NCBI GenBank assembly: GCA_903913285.1
Contig: CAIWKO010000045.1
Coordinates: 4,068-68,067 of the forward strand
Reading direction: 5' to 3'
From: an uncultured Bacteroidales bacterium
GTDB taxonomy: Bacteria > Bacteroidota > Bacteroidia > Bacteroidales > CAIWKO01
DNA length: 64,000 nt
The translations under genes and the position numbers were made by a program. Within the stretch, counting starts at the first letter, position 1, and the number at the start of each line of letters is the position of its first letter. Below, piece after piece: positions 1-9,084 of this stretch. The notes under the pieces are model-generated. The model did no database searches, was not told the origin of the DNA, and saw only the letters and a list, made by a program, of their open reading frames with translations.

Positions 1-2
1 CG

Positions 3-974
3 CATGATAATTGTTCTGTTGCAAGTGTAATTAATGATTTCAACAACTTATCCTCTTTAAATGGAGCAACGTTCCCCAAAGGAACTACAACAGTAACCTG
101 GACTGTTACAGACGGCAGTAGCAATACGGCCACCTGTACACAAACAATTATTGTAAAAGATAACGAAAATCCAATCATTACGTGTCCGGTCGATATTACG
201 GCATCTACAGACCCTGGTTTATGCACTGCTTCGGGTGTGGATTTGGGTACACCGGTAACAACTGATAATTGCAGCGTGGCTAATGTAACAAATGATGCTG
301 TTGAACCCTATCATATAGGTGTTAATTATGTGGTGTGGACTGTGACCGATTCTGCAGGAAATTCAGCTAACTGTACACAAACCATAACAGTAAGCGATAA
401 CGAAAAACCGATTATAACGTGTCCGGGAGATATTACAGTAATTGCAGATCCCGGAGTTTGTTCTACAATGGTAACTTTTTCGGATGCTACAGCAACTGAT
501 AATTGTACTTCGTCTTTGAGCGGAAATCAAACCTTCAATTTTACGGGGTCGATAGAAAACTATACTGTTCCTGCTGGTGTAACCAGTTTAACAATTGAGG
601 CAAAAGGGGCACATGGAGGAGGTGCTCCATATTGGGGAACCCTAGGAGGCTTAGGAGCAATTATGTCCGGGGTTTTTACTGTTATTCCGGGTCATGTTTT
701 AAATATCATGGTCGGCCAGCAAGCAGCTGCCGGAGAATATGGCGCTGGTGGTGGCGGTGGTTCATTTGTATGGGATGTTACTGCCGGGAATACTTTACTA
801 ATCGCTGCTGGTGGTGGTGGTGGTTCAAGTAGCACTAATGGCGCAAATGCTGTAACAAGCATTAATGGCACAAGTGGACCTGCAAATTATGGTGGCGGCG
901 GAGTTAATGGAAATGGTGCAACGGGTTCCTTCAATAAACGGATATGCCGGTGGCGGTGCTGGATGGCTGTCTGA
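3..974 (+). CDS. Giant T9SS-secreted adhesin, upstream reading-frame segment. The 5' end is cut by the window edge. It carries HYR-type repeats and then the start of a glycine-rich domain.
   Basis: Frame 3 is open from nt 3; the ORF track only starts at an internal GTG at 237. Repeated modules of the form CPxDIT...DNC...VTWTVTDxxGNxxxCTQTIxVxDNExPxIxCP are typical of HYR (hyalin repeat) domains. The frame ends at TGA 972-974 inside the Gly-rich domain, while frame 1 continues the same domain. Confidence 0.8.
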   Translation, partial: HDNCSVASVINDFNNLSSLNGATFPKGTTTVTWTVTDGSSNTATCTQTIIVKDNENPIITCPVDITASTDPGLCTASGVDLGTPVTTDNCSVANVTNDAVEPYHIGVNYVVWTVTDSAGNSANCTQTITVSDNEKPIITCPGDITVIADPGVCSTMVTFSDATATDNCTSSLSGNQTFNFTGSIENYTVPAGVTSLTIEAKGAHGGGAPYWGTLGGLGAIMSGVFTVIPGHVLNIMVGQQAAAGEYGAGGGGGSFVWDVTAGNTLLIAAGGGGGSSSTNGANAVTSINGTSGPANYGGGGVNGNGATGSFNKRICRWRCWMAV

Positions 975-3900
975 TGGTGCAAATGGAGGCGGAACAGCTT
1001 GTGCAATTGGATATGGAGGCACGAGCCCCTTATCAGGAGGTGCCGGTGGAGCATATAGTGGAAACACTTCTGCAGGCGGCTATGGCGGCGGTGGCGGCGG
1101 TGGAGGCTGGTGTAATATAGTTGGTGCCGGTGGCGGTGGTGGCTATAGTGGCGGTGGTGCAGGAGGTGCGCCTAGTCCTGGTGGTCCATTCGATGGTGGC
1201 GGTGGCGGAGGTTCCTTTAATTCAGGGACCAGCCAATCTAATAGTATTGGAAATTCAGGAATGGGATTAGTTATCATTTCATATGCTGTAATTGGTATTA
1301 CTGTGGTTCAAACTGCAGGTCTTCCAAGCGGTTCTACATTCCCAGTAGGAACAACAATTAATACATTTGAAGCAACAGATGCTTCGGGCAATTCTACAAC
1401 CTGTTCTCAAACTGTAACGGTAAAAGACACCGAAATTCCTTCGATCACTTGTTCTGGAGATGTTACAAAACAAAATAGTCCTGCTCAATGTGGTTATACT
1501 GTAGATTCATATAGTAATCCAACCGAGTTCGACCCAATTTCTGTTAGTGATAATTGTTCCGGTTGGACAGTTACCAACAATTATAACAATTTATCTACTT
1601 TATCGGGAGCATCTTTCCCCATTGGCACAACTAATGTAACATGGACCGTAACTGATGGCGGCGGCAATACCAATAGCTGCAGCTTCAATATTACAATTGA
1701 GGACCATCAAAATCCATTAGTTCAGTACTTTTATTCTATGCCAGTTACTAAAAACACCGATCCGTCAAAATGTACCTATCAAGCGGTTGGAACAGAGTTA
1801 GACCCATCCAGTGTTACGGATAATTGTCCGGATATAGCTTCATTGACCTTTTCCACATCAGGAGCTACTACTACCAGCGGTTCAAATACACTTGCCGGAG
1901 TTATTTTCAATCAGGGTACCACAAATGTTCAATGGATAGCAACCGATGCCCATGGAAATACAGGCTACGGTTTTCTGGTTGTAGAAGTAACCGATAATGA
2001 AAATCCGACAATAAGTTGTGCAACCCCATTAGCATCATACAGTACCGATGGAGGCTCATGCTATTATAAAGTTCCTGATAACAGTCTCGATCCTACTGCA
2101 AATGATAACTGCACTGTTGCAAGTGTTACCAATGATTTCAACAACGTATCCTCCTTAAATGGAGCAGTGTTCCCCAAAGGAACTTCAACAGTAACATGGA
2201 CGGTAACAGATAGCAATAATAATACAGCCACCTGCACACAAACAATTATAGTAAAAGATAACGAACTGCCAATTATTACTTGTCCGGCAGATTTTACTGT
2301 AAATGCAGATTCCGGTGTTTGCACTGCTTCAGGTGTGGTTCTGGGAACACCAACCTATTCGGATAATTGTGCATTTGCTACACCGGTCAACGAATTTTAT
2401 TGCACTAATAATGCCGGAACCAGTTTGATGAAGATCAATGCAACTACCGGAGCTGCTACCGATATAGGATCTTTCGGATTTTCCGATGCTTTTGCTTTGG
2501 CCTTCACCCCCGATGGTAAAGCATGGACACTCCTTAATGGTTATAGTAATTCACAATTAGCAAACGTGGACTTAACTACAGGAGCTGCCACACCGGTAGG
2601 AACTGCGTTTAATTTCAATTCTTTTGATCTGGAAGCTGACGCATCGGGACAATTGATAGCCGTTGGTTCCGGTGATGGAAATCTTTACAAGATAAACTCA
2701 ACAACAGGAGCCACCTCCTTAGTAGGCTTTACAGGATTATACCAAATGATGGATCTGGCATTTGATGCTTCCGGTAAATTATGGGCATACAATTCTAATG
2801 GAAATTTGTATTCCATTAATACTACCAATGGTTCGGCTACACTAGAATCAACTTTAAGTGGTGGAATCGACGTAGGTATGGCTATGGGTTTAGCAATTAA
2901 TCAGAGTGGAACTTTTTATATGACAGAATATACACCCAGTCCGCGATTATTTTCATTAGATCCTGCCACAGGTGTTACTACATATATAAGTGATTTAGCA
3001 GCATCTATGCCTCATGGCGGAGATTTCTTACCAGAGTCAGGTGCAACAAATAATGCACCTGCAATTTTCCCTATAGGTACTACTGTAGTTACCTGGTCAG
3101 TGACCGATGCAGCAGGCAATATTGGAACCTGTACACAAACGGTTACAGTAAAGGATAACGAACTGCCAATCATTACTTGTCCGGCAGATGTTGCAATAAC
3201 AAGCTTTACAGGCCTCTGTTATGCTACTGGTGTTGATTTGGGCACACCTGTAACTTCTGATAATTGTTCTGTTGACGGATTTATTAACGATGCTCCCGTG
3301 AACTTTATGCCGGGTAATACTATTGTTACCTGGACAGTTACCGACGGATCGGGCAATAACGCTACCTGTACTCAGAACGTATATGTGAACTTACTGCCTG
3401 TTGCAGCAGGAACCATTACAGGTGATGTGATTGTTTGTCAGGGAGAAAATTCTGTAACCTACACGGTACCTGATATTACCAATGCAACTTCGTATATATG
3501 GACCTTACCAACAGGCGCTACCGGAACCAGCACCACCAGCAGTATTACTGTTAATTATGGTGCAACGGCTGTTTCGGGCGATATCACAGTTACTGGAAAT
3601 AACAGCTGCGGAAACGGTGATACGTCAACACTTTCAATAACTGTTTATAACAGTGTAATTGCCAATATCAGTGGTGGTGCTTCGCCTATTTGTTATAACA
3701 CTAACCCCGGAATATTAACAGCAAGCGGAAGTAACGGAAGCGGTTCGTATACCTATTTATGGTACAAGAACGGAATAAGCACAGGTGTTACAACACAAAC
3801 GTATGATCCCGGTAATCTCACAGCAACTTCAACATTTTATTGTGCGATCACCAGTGAACCTTGCGGAACAGTGAATACGCCAACCACCACAATTATGGTT

Positions 3901-6561
3901 TATGGCAACTTGGCCGGTGTTAATAGCGGCGGAACTTCACCGCTCTGTTATAACAATGCACCGGGGACAATCACTGCAATACCCAGTGGCGGAACAGGTG
4001 TTTACACATATTTATGGTATAAGAACGGAGTTTCAACAGGAATTACAACTCAAGCCTATACTCCGGGCAATCTGACAACCACTTCGACCTTTTATTGTGA
4101 AATAACCAGTGTTCCTTGCGGTACTATCGCCACGCCAACCACTACCATTATCGTTTACGGTAATTTATCAGCGGTTATCACTGGCGGAACTTCACCGGTT
4201 TGTTATAACACATCACCGGGGGCATTAACAGCAAATGCAACAGGCGGAACCGGTTGGTACACCTATCTGTGGTACAAAAACGGAGTATCTACAGGCATTA
4301 CAACCAAAATATATACTCCCGCCAACCTCACGGTAAATACAACATTCTATTGTGTAGTTACCAGTGGTTCTTGCGGAACAGTTACAACTCCAACAGACAC
4401 TATTACCGTTTATACCAATTTGACTGCCGCTATCAGTGGCGGATCTACTTCTATTTGTTATAATACCGCACCGGGAACCTTCACGGCAACAGGTGGCGGT
4501 GGAAGTGGTATATATACCTATTTGTGGTACAAGAATGGTATAGCAACCGGAGTTACAACTCAAACCTACGCTCCCGGCAATCTGACGGCAAACGCAAGCG
4601 TTTATTGTGCAATAAGCAGCGGAACCTGTGGTCCGGTTAATACTCCAACCATCACAATTTCGGTTATGAGTAATATTATTGCCAATATCAGTGGTGGTAA
4701 TTCACCAATCTGTTATAACACTGCTCCGGGAACATTCACGGCAACTGCCAGTGGAGGCAATGGTTCGTACACTTATTTATGGTATAAAAATGGTATCTCG
4801 ACAGGGATCACTACCCAAACCTACACTCCGGGCAACCTGACAATAACTTCAACGTTCTATTGTGCTGTTTCAAGTGGCTCCTGCGGACCTGTAAATACCC
4901 CAACCACTACAATAACCGTTTATGACAATATTGTTGCTACAATTAGCGGCGGAACATCACCAATATGTTATAATTCTTTACCCGGAATGTTCACAGTTAA
5001 TGCTACAGGAGGTACAGGTACTTATTCCTACATGTGGTATAAAGATGGTGTTTCGACAGGGATAATAGCTCAAACCTATACTCCAAACGATCTGACAGCA
5101 ACTACAACATTTTACTGTGTTGTTACCAGTGGATCATGCGGACCGGTTAGTACTCCTACGATCACCATAACGGTTTATGGCAACCTAACTGCTGCTATCA
5201 GTGGCGGGACCTCACCTTTATGTTATAATTCTTCACCCGGAACTTTCACAGCAACAGCTGGTGGCGGAACGGGTAGCTATACATATTTGTGGTATAAAGA
5301 TGGTGTTTCAACAGGGGTTACAACACCAACTTATTCCCCCGGGAACCTGACAGCTACTTCAACATTCTATTGTGCAATAACCAGTGGAACATGCGGTACA
5401 GTCAACACACCGACAACCACCATAACTGTTTACGGCAATTTAACTGCAACTATAAGCGGTGGCACTTCGCCTATCTGTTATAACAGTTATCCCGGAACAC
5501 TGACTGTAACAGCAGGTGGTGGAACAGGTACCTATACGTATCTATGGTATAAAGATGGAATATCGACAGGTATTACAACCCAGATATACTTCCCCGGAAA
5601 CCTGACCACAACTACAACATTCTATTGTGTTGTAACAAGTGGATCTTGCGGATCGGTTACCAGTGCAACAACCACAATAACGGTTTACAACACACTGACA
5701 GCAGGAATTAGCGGAGGTACATCACCTATTTGTGCCAACACTTCACCGGGAACACTCACTGCAACAGGCAATGGTGGTTCAGGATCGTATACTTACTTAT
5801 GGTATAAGAACGGAACAAATACGGGTGTAACTACTCAAACGTATGCTCCCGGCAACCTGACATCAACATCTACTTTCTATTGTGCTGTAACAAGCGGATC
5901 ATGCGGAACGGTCAATACATCAACAATTACTATAACCGTTAATCCAACGTATTCGTTTACTGAAAACCATACGATATGTCATGGAGATGTTTACAACTGG
6001 CATGGAACCAACTATTCCACCGGAGGAACCTATACTGCAAACTACACTACTATCCATAGCTGCGACAGTATTTACACATTACATTTAACCGTAAATACAG
6101 TTGATGCCAGTGTTACAGTTTATAACAATATGATCACTGCAAATGCAACAGGAGCAACTTATCAGTGGGTTGATTGCAATAATGCTTACGCACCAATGAG
6201 TGGCTATACTTCTCAAAGTTTCTCAGCTACATATGATGGAAACTATGCAGTTATTGTAACAATAGGCTCCTGCTCCGATACTTCTGTTTGTGTTCCAATT
6301 CTTACTGTGGGAATTCCGTCTTCACAGGAAGAACAAATATCAATCTATCCTAATCCCGTATCTGAAGAGTTAACAATTGAAATTAGCGGAAATAAAGAAA
6401 CCAAAGAATTTGAGATCATTAATTCAATTGGTCAGATTGTTTTCGTTGGTAATATGGTAGAAAAAACCACCGTGAAAATGGATAGTTATGCTACCGGCAT
6501 ATACTTTGTTAAACTCCAAAGTGGCGGAAATATCACGTATAAGAAAATTATTAAGGAATAA
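865..6561 (+). CDS. Giant T9SS-secreted adhesin, downstream reading-frame segment. True coding probably resumes near nt 931-940. Domains are a glycine-rich domain, HYR repeats, a propeller-like repeat region, a PKD/Ig-like domain, nine 85-aa modules and a T9SS C-terminal sorting domain.
   Basis: The ORF is 1898 aa. Its N-terminal part continues the GGGGG-rich motifs of the upstream frame. HYR modules are at about 1290-2330 and 3040-3390. The C-terminus (ISIYPNPVSEELTIEI...GIYFVKLQSGGNITYKKIIKE) matches the Por/T9SS type-A CTD pattern. A rho-independent terminator follows. Confidence 0.85.
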   Translation: MAQVDLQIMVAAELMEMVQRVPSINGYAGGGAGWLSDGANGGGTACAIGYGGTSPLSGGAGGAYSGNTSAGGYGGGGGGGGWCNIVGAGGGGGYSGGGAGGAPSPGGPFDGGGGGGSFNSGTSQSNSIGNSGMGLVIISYAVIGITVVQTAGLPSGSTFPVGTTINTFEATDASGNSTTCSQTVTVKDTEIPSITCSGDVTKQNSPAQCGYTVDSYSNPTEFDPISVSDNCSGWTVTNNYNNLSTLSGASFPIGTTNVTWTVTDGGGNTNSCSFNITIEDHQNPLVQYFYSMPVTKNTDPSKCTYQAVGTELDPSSVTDNCPDIASLTFSTSGATTTSGSNTLAGVIFNQGTTNVQWIATDAHGNTGYGFLVVEVTDNENPTISCATPLASYSTDGGSCYYKVPDNSLDPTANDNCTVASVTNDFNNVSSLNGAVFPKGTSTVTWTVTDSNNNTATCTQTIIVKDNELPIITCPADFTVNADSGVCTASGVVLGTPTYSDNCAFATPVNEFYCTNNAGTSLMKINATTGAATDIGSFGFSDAFALAFTPDGKAWTLLNGYSNSQLANVDLTTGAATPVGTAFNFNSFDLEADASGQLIAVGSGDGNLYKINSTTGATSLVGFTGLYQMMDLAFDASGKLWAYNSNGNLYSINTTNGSATLESTLSGGIDVGMAMGLAINQSGTFYMTEYTPSPRLFSLDPATGVTTYISDLAASMPHGGDFLPESGATNNAPAIFPIGTTVVTWSVTDAAGNIGTCTQTVTVKDNELPIITCPADVAITSFTGLCYATGVDLGTPVTSDNCSVDGFINDAPVNFMPGNTIVTWTVTDGSGNNATCTQNVYVNLLPVAAGTITGDVIVCQGENSVTYTVPDITNATSYIWTLPTGATGTSTTSSITVNYGATAVSGDITVTGNNSCGNGDTSTLSITVYNSVIANISGGASPICYNTNPGILTASGSNGSGSYTYLWYKNGISTGVTTQTYDPGNLTATSTFYCAITSEPCGTVNTPTTTIMVYGNLAGVNSGGTSPLCYNNAPGTITAIPSGGTGVYTYLWYKNGVSTGITTQAYTPGNLTTTSTFYCEITSVPCGTIATPTTTIIVYGNLSAVITGGTSPVCYNTSPGALTANATGGTGWYTYLWYKNGVSTGITTKIYTPANLTVNTTFYCVVTSGSCGTVTTPTDTITVYTNLTAAISGGSTSICYNTAPGTFTATGGGGSGIYTYLWYKNGIATGVTTQTYAPGNLTANASVYCAISSGTCGPVNTPTITISVMSNIIANISGGNSPICYNTAPGTFTATASGGNGSYTYLWYKNGISTGITTQTYTPGNLTITSTFYCAVSSGSCGPVNTPTTTITVYDNIVATISGGTSPICYNSLPGMFTVNATGGTGTYSYMWYKDGVSTGIIAQTYTPNDLTATTTFYCVVTSGSCGPVSTPTITITVYGNLTAAISGGTSPLCYNSSPGTFTATAGGGTGSYTYLWYKDGVSTGVTTPTYSPGNLTATSTFYCAITSGTCGTVNTPTTTITVYGNLTATISGGTSPICYNSYPGTLTVTAGGGTGTYTYLWYKDGISTGITTQIYFPGNLTTTTTFYCVVTSGSCGSVTSATTTITVYNTLTAGISGGTSPICANTSPGTLTATGNGGSGSYTYLWYKNGTNTGVTTQTYAPGNLTSTSTFYCAVTSGSCGTVNTSTITITVNPTYSFTENHTICHGDVYNWHGTNYSTGGTYTANYTTIHSCDSIYTLHLTVNTVDASVTVYNNMITANATGATYQWVDCNNAYAPMSGYTSQSFSATYDGNYAVIVTIGSCSDTSVCVPILTVGIPSSQEEQISIYPNPVSEELTIEISGNKETKEFEIINSIGQIVFVGNMVEKTTVKMDSYATGIYFVKLQSGGNITYKKIIKE
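3649..5946 (+). repeat. Nine in-frame tandem repeats of 255 bp (the first is 258 bp), encoding 85-aa Cys-containing Ig-like or SprB-repeat-like modules within the adhesin.
   Basis: Unit starts are at 3649, 3907, 4162, 4417, 4672, 4927, 5182, 5437 and 5692. Each unit reads N[LI]xAxISGGTSPICYNxxPGTxTAxxxGGxGxYTYLWYKxGxSTGxTTQTYxPGNLTxTSTFYCxxTSGSCGxVxTPTTTITVY. The 21-mer gccaatatcagtggtggt recurs at 3661 and 4681, exactly 4 x 255 bp apart. Confidence 0.95.
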
Positions 6562-6592
6562 TTATCCGGGCATAATTAAACTTATATTAATG

Positions 6593-6634
6593 AAAGGCTT
6601 GTCTGAAAAGACAGGCCTTTCTTTTTATTTTTTA
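6593..6634 (+). terminator. Rho-independent terminator after the adhesin gene.
   Basis: The hairpin is aaaggcttgtc-tgaaaa-gacaggccttt, followed by ctttttatttttt. Confidence 0.75.
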
Positions 6635-6752
6635 CAATATCTAATCATATCCTGAAAAAATCAATTTATTTCCCGATAGTAAAAAGCATTTAAATCTGGC
6701 TTAAACCACATAAAATAATTAAGATAATAATGGTATAATTACAATTTTTTTC

Positions 6753-6760
6753 TACTTTTG
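6753..6760 (+). promoter_or_regulatory. Candidate Bacteroidota -7 promoter box (TAnnTTTG) for prs.
   Basis: TACTTTTG lies 20 nt upstream of the prs ATG. No clear -33 TTTG was seen. Confidence 0.4.
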
Positions 6761-6780
6761 CAGCTTCAAACCAAAAAATC

Positions 6781-7719
6781 ATGGCATCAAACGTTTCTAT
6801 TTTTTCGGGTAGAGCAACACGTTATCTGGCTGATAAAATTGCCGAAAGTTATGGCAAAAAGCTGGGTAATGTTTCGTACGCCTGTTTCAGCGATGGCGAA
6901 TTTCGTCCTTCATTCGATGAAACGATCCGCGGCGACGAGGTGTTTATCATACAATCTACTTTTGCTCCTGCCGAAAATTTACTGGAATTGTTTATGATGA
7001 TCGATGCCGCTAAAAGAGCATCTGCCCGTCATATTATTGCCGTTATACCTTATTTTGGGTTTGCCCGTCAGGACCGTAAAGACAACCCCCGGGTTCCTAT
7101 TACATCAAAATTAATTGCCGATCTTCTCACTAAAGCCGGAATCAACAGATTGATAACAATGGATCTTCATGCCGATCAGATACAAGGCTATTTTGATATC
7201 CCCGTCGACCATCTTTATGCTTCATCAGTGTTTGTTCCTTATTTAAAAAGCTTGAATCTTCCGAACCTCACTATGTCATCCCCCGATACAGGCGGAACTC
7301 GCAGAGCTGGTACTTATGCCAAATTTTTAGATGCCGAATTGGTGATCTGTTTCAAACAACGTCCCAAACCTAATATGGTTGGGAACATGATAGTGATCGG
7401 TGATGTGGTTGGTAAAAACGTTGTTCTGGTAGATGATATTATCGACACAGCCGGAACCATCACAAAAGCTGCCGGTCTTATTAAAGATCAGGGTGCAGCA
7501 AGTGTGAGAGCTCTTTGCACTCATGCCGTTTTATCGGGCAGTGCTTATGAAAAAATTGAAAATTCAGCTTTGAGCGAAGTGATCGTTACAGATACACTTC
7601 CCCTTAGAAACGAAAGCAGTAAAATAAAAGTTTTATCAACAGCCGAGATTTTTGCAGATGTCATCACCAGCGTGGTGAACTGCGAATCTATCAGTTCGCA
7701 TTTTAAATTTACAACCTAA
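6781..7719 (+). CDS. prs: Ribose-phosphate pyrophosphokinase (PRPP synthetase).
   Basis: The protein is 312 aa. The N-terminus IFSGRATRYLADKIAE, then DGEFRPSFDETIRGDEVFIIQST, RQDRK and VLVDDIIDTAGTI (PRPP-binding loop) are characteristic. It sits in the conserved prs-rplY-pth order. Confidence 0.95.
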   Translation: MASNVSIFSGRATRYLADKIAESYGKKLGNVSYACFSDGEFRPSFDETIRGDEVFIIQSTFAPAENLLELFMMIDAAKRASARHIIAVIPYFGFARQDRKDNPRVPITSKLIADLLTKAGINRLITMDLHADQIQGYFDIPVDHLYASSVFVPYLKSLNLPNLTMSSPDTGGTRRAGTYAKFLDAELVICFKQRPKPNMVGNMIVIGDVVGKNVVLVDDIIDTAGTITKAAGLIKDQGAASVRALCTHAVLSGSAYEKIENSALSEVIVTDTLPLRNESSKIKVLSTAEIFADVITSVVNCESISSHFKFTT

Positions 7720-7750
7720 CAATAATTAATTAACTAAAAAAAAACAAATT

Positions 7751-8392
7751 ATGAAAGTAGTATCAATGAGCGGTTCCCTTCGCGGGAACGTAGGGAAAAA
7801 AGATGCTAAACAAATTCGCAAGAACGGTGGCGTTCCTTGTGTGATTTATGGCGGAAAAGAACAAATTCATTTTTTTACCGATGCGAAAAGTTTTCTGAAA
7901 GTGGTTTTCACACCTGAAGTTTGCTTTATTCATATCGATATCGAAGGTAAAAAATATGAAGCTATTCTTCAGGATATTCAATATCATCCTGTAACAGACA
8001 ATATTTATCATGCCGATTTCATGGAGATCGATGCCAATAAACCTATCGTGATGAGCGTACCGGTTAGAGTTACCGGAACGGCACCCGGTGTATTAAAAGG
8101 TGGACGCATAGTGCAGAAATTCCGCAAATTAAAAATTAAAGCATTACCTTCACAAATGCCGGAATTTATCGAAGCCAGTATCGAAGGGTTCGAAATCGGA
8201 CAAGCGGTAAAAGTTGCTGATATTACCAGCGATAATTATACTTTACTGGATAATAAAAACAATTCTATTGTTGGTATCAGTGTTACCAGAGTTGTTGAAG
8301 AAGTTGCAGCAACAGAAACAGCTCCTGTAGCGGCAGCGGCAGCAGCTCCTGCAGCAACAGCAGCAGCTCCAAAAGTTGAAGCAAAGAAATAA
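7751..8392 (+). CDS. rplY: 50S ribosomal protein L25 / general stress protein Ctc.
   Basis: The protein is 213 aa. The N-terminus is GSLRGNVGKKDAKQIRKNGGVPCVIYGG, there is an Ala-rich C-terminal tail, and synteny is with prs and pth. Confidence 0.9.
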   Translation: MKVVSMSGSLRGNVGKKDAKQIRKNGGVPCVIYGGKEQIHFFTDAKSFLKVVFTPEVCFIHIDIEGKKYEAILQDIQYHPVTDNIYHADFMEIDANKPIVMSVPVRVTGTAPGVLKGGRIVQKFRKLKIKALPSQMPEFIEASIEGFEIGQAVKVADITSDNYTLLDNKNNSIVGISVTRVVEEVAATETAPVAAAAAAPAATAAAPKVEAKK

Positions 8393-8410
8393 CATCTTTG
8401 AACAAATAAA

Positions 8411-8451
8411 AAAAAGCTGCCTTCGGTGAAAACTGCTGGCAGCTTTTTTTA
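8411..8451 (+). terminator. Rho-independent terminator or attenuator between rplY and pth.
   Basis: Stem agctgcc (8415-8421) pairs with ggcagct (8438-8444) and is followed by a T7 run. Confidence 0.6.
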
Positions 8452-8466
8452 CTATCATAATATTGT

Positions 8467-9048
8467 ATGGATCCTTCTGAATCTAAAAAATTTTTAATTG
8501 CTGGTCTGGGAAATATAGGGGACGAGTATGCAAACACACGTCACAATATTGGATTTGTGGTTCTGGATGCATTGGCACAAGAACTCAAAACTACCTTTCA
8601 GAGTGGTAGATATGGTGCTGTAGCCAATGTTCGGTTCAAAGGAAGATCGCTGGTATTGCTTAAACCTTCAACCTTTATGAATTTGAGCGGAAAGGCGATA
8701 AAATATTGGATTACTGCTGAAAATATTCCCCTTGAAAACACTCTGGTTGTTCTCGATGATCTCGATCTGCCTACTGGAAATCTGCGTATGAAAAAAAAAG
8801 GCGGTGATGCTGGACATAATGGGTTAAACCATATTATCATGATGACCGGTACAGAGGAAATCCCACGACTGAGAATTGGTGTTGGAAATGAATTTGCAAA
8901 GGGATACCAGATTGATTATGTCTTGGGTAAATGGACCAAGGAAGAAGAAAAGATCATGATCCCTCGCATAAAAACAGCAGTTGATGCTATTAAAAGTATT
9001 ATTTGCGAAGGTGTTGATAAAGCAATGAACCAATACAATAATAAGTAG
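8467..9048 (+). CDS. pth: Peptidyl-tRNA hydrolase.
   Basis: The protein is 193 aa and contains FLIAGLGNIGDEYANTRHNIGF, GGDAGHNGL and RLRIGVG motifs. Confidence 0.95.
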   Translation: MDPSESKKFLIAGLGNIGDEYANTRHNIGFVVLDALAQELKTTFQSGRYGAVANVRFKGRSLVLLKPSTFMNLSGKAIKYWITAENIPLENTLVVLDDLDLPTGNLRMKKKGGDAGHNGLNHIIMMTGTEEIPRLRIGVGNEFAKGYQIDYVLGKWTKEEEKIMIPRIKTAVDAIKSIICEGVDKAMNQYNNK

Positions 9049-9084
9049 TATTTGAATTTAGAAATTTCAATACTGAACTTGCTG

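Noticed and set aside
632-1067. Alternative-frame and antisense ORFs (632-832 plus strand, 825-1067 minus strand) over the glycine-rich region.
   Set aside because: GGN-rich coding DNA is open in several frames. Their products (W/R-rich or P/A-rich) are by-products of the Gly codon runs.
8243-8537. Minus-strand ORFs of 71 and 84 aa overlapping the rplY 3' end and the pth 5' end.
   Set aside because: They are antisense to the Ala-rich tail of L25 (GCN runs read as Cys/Ser/Leu runs) and have no independent support.
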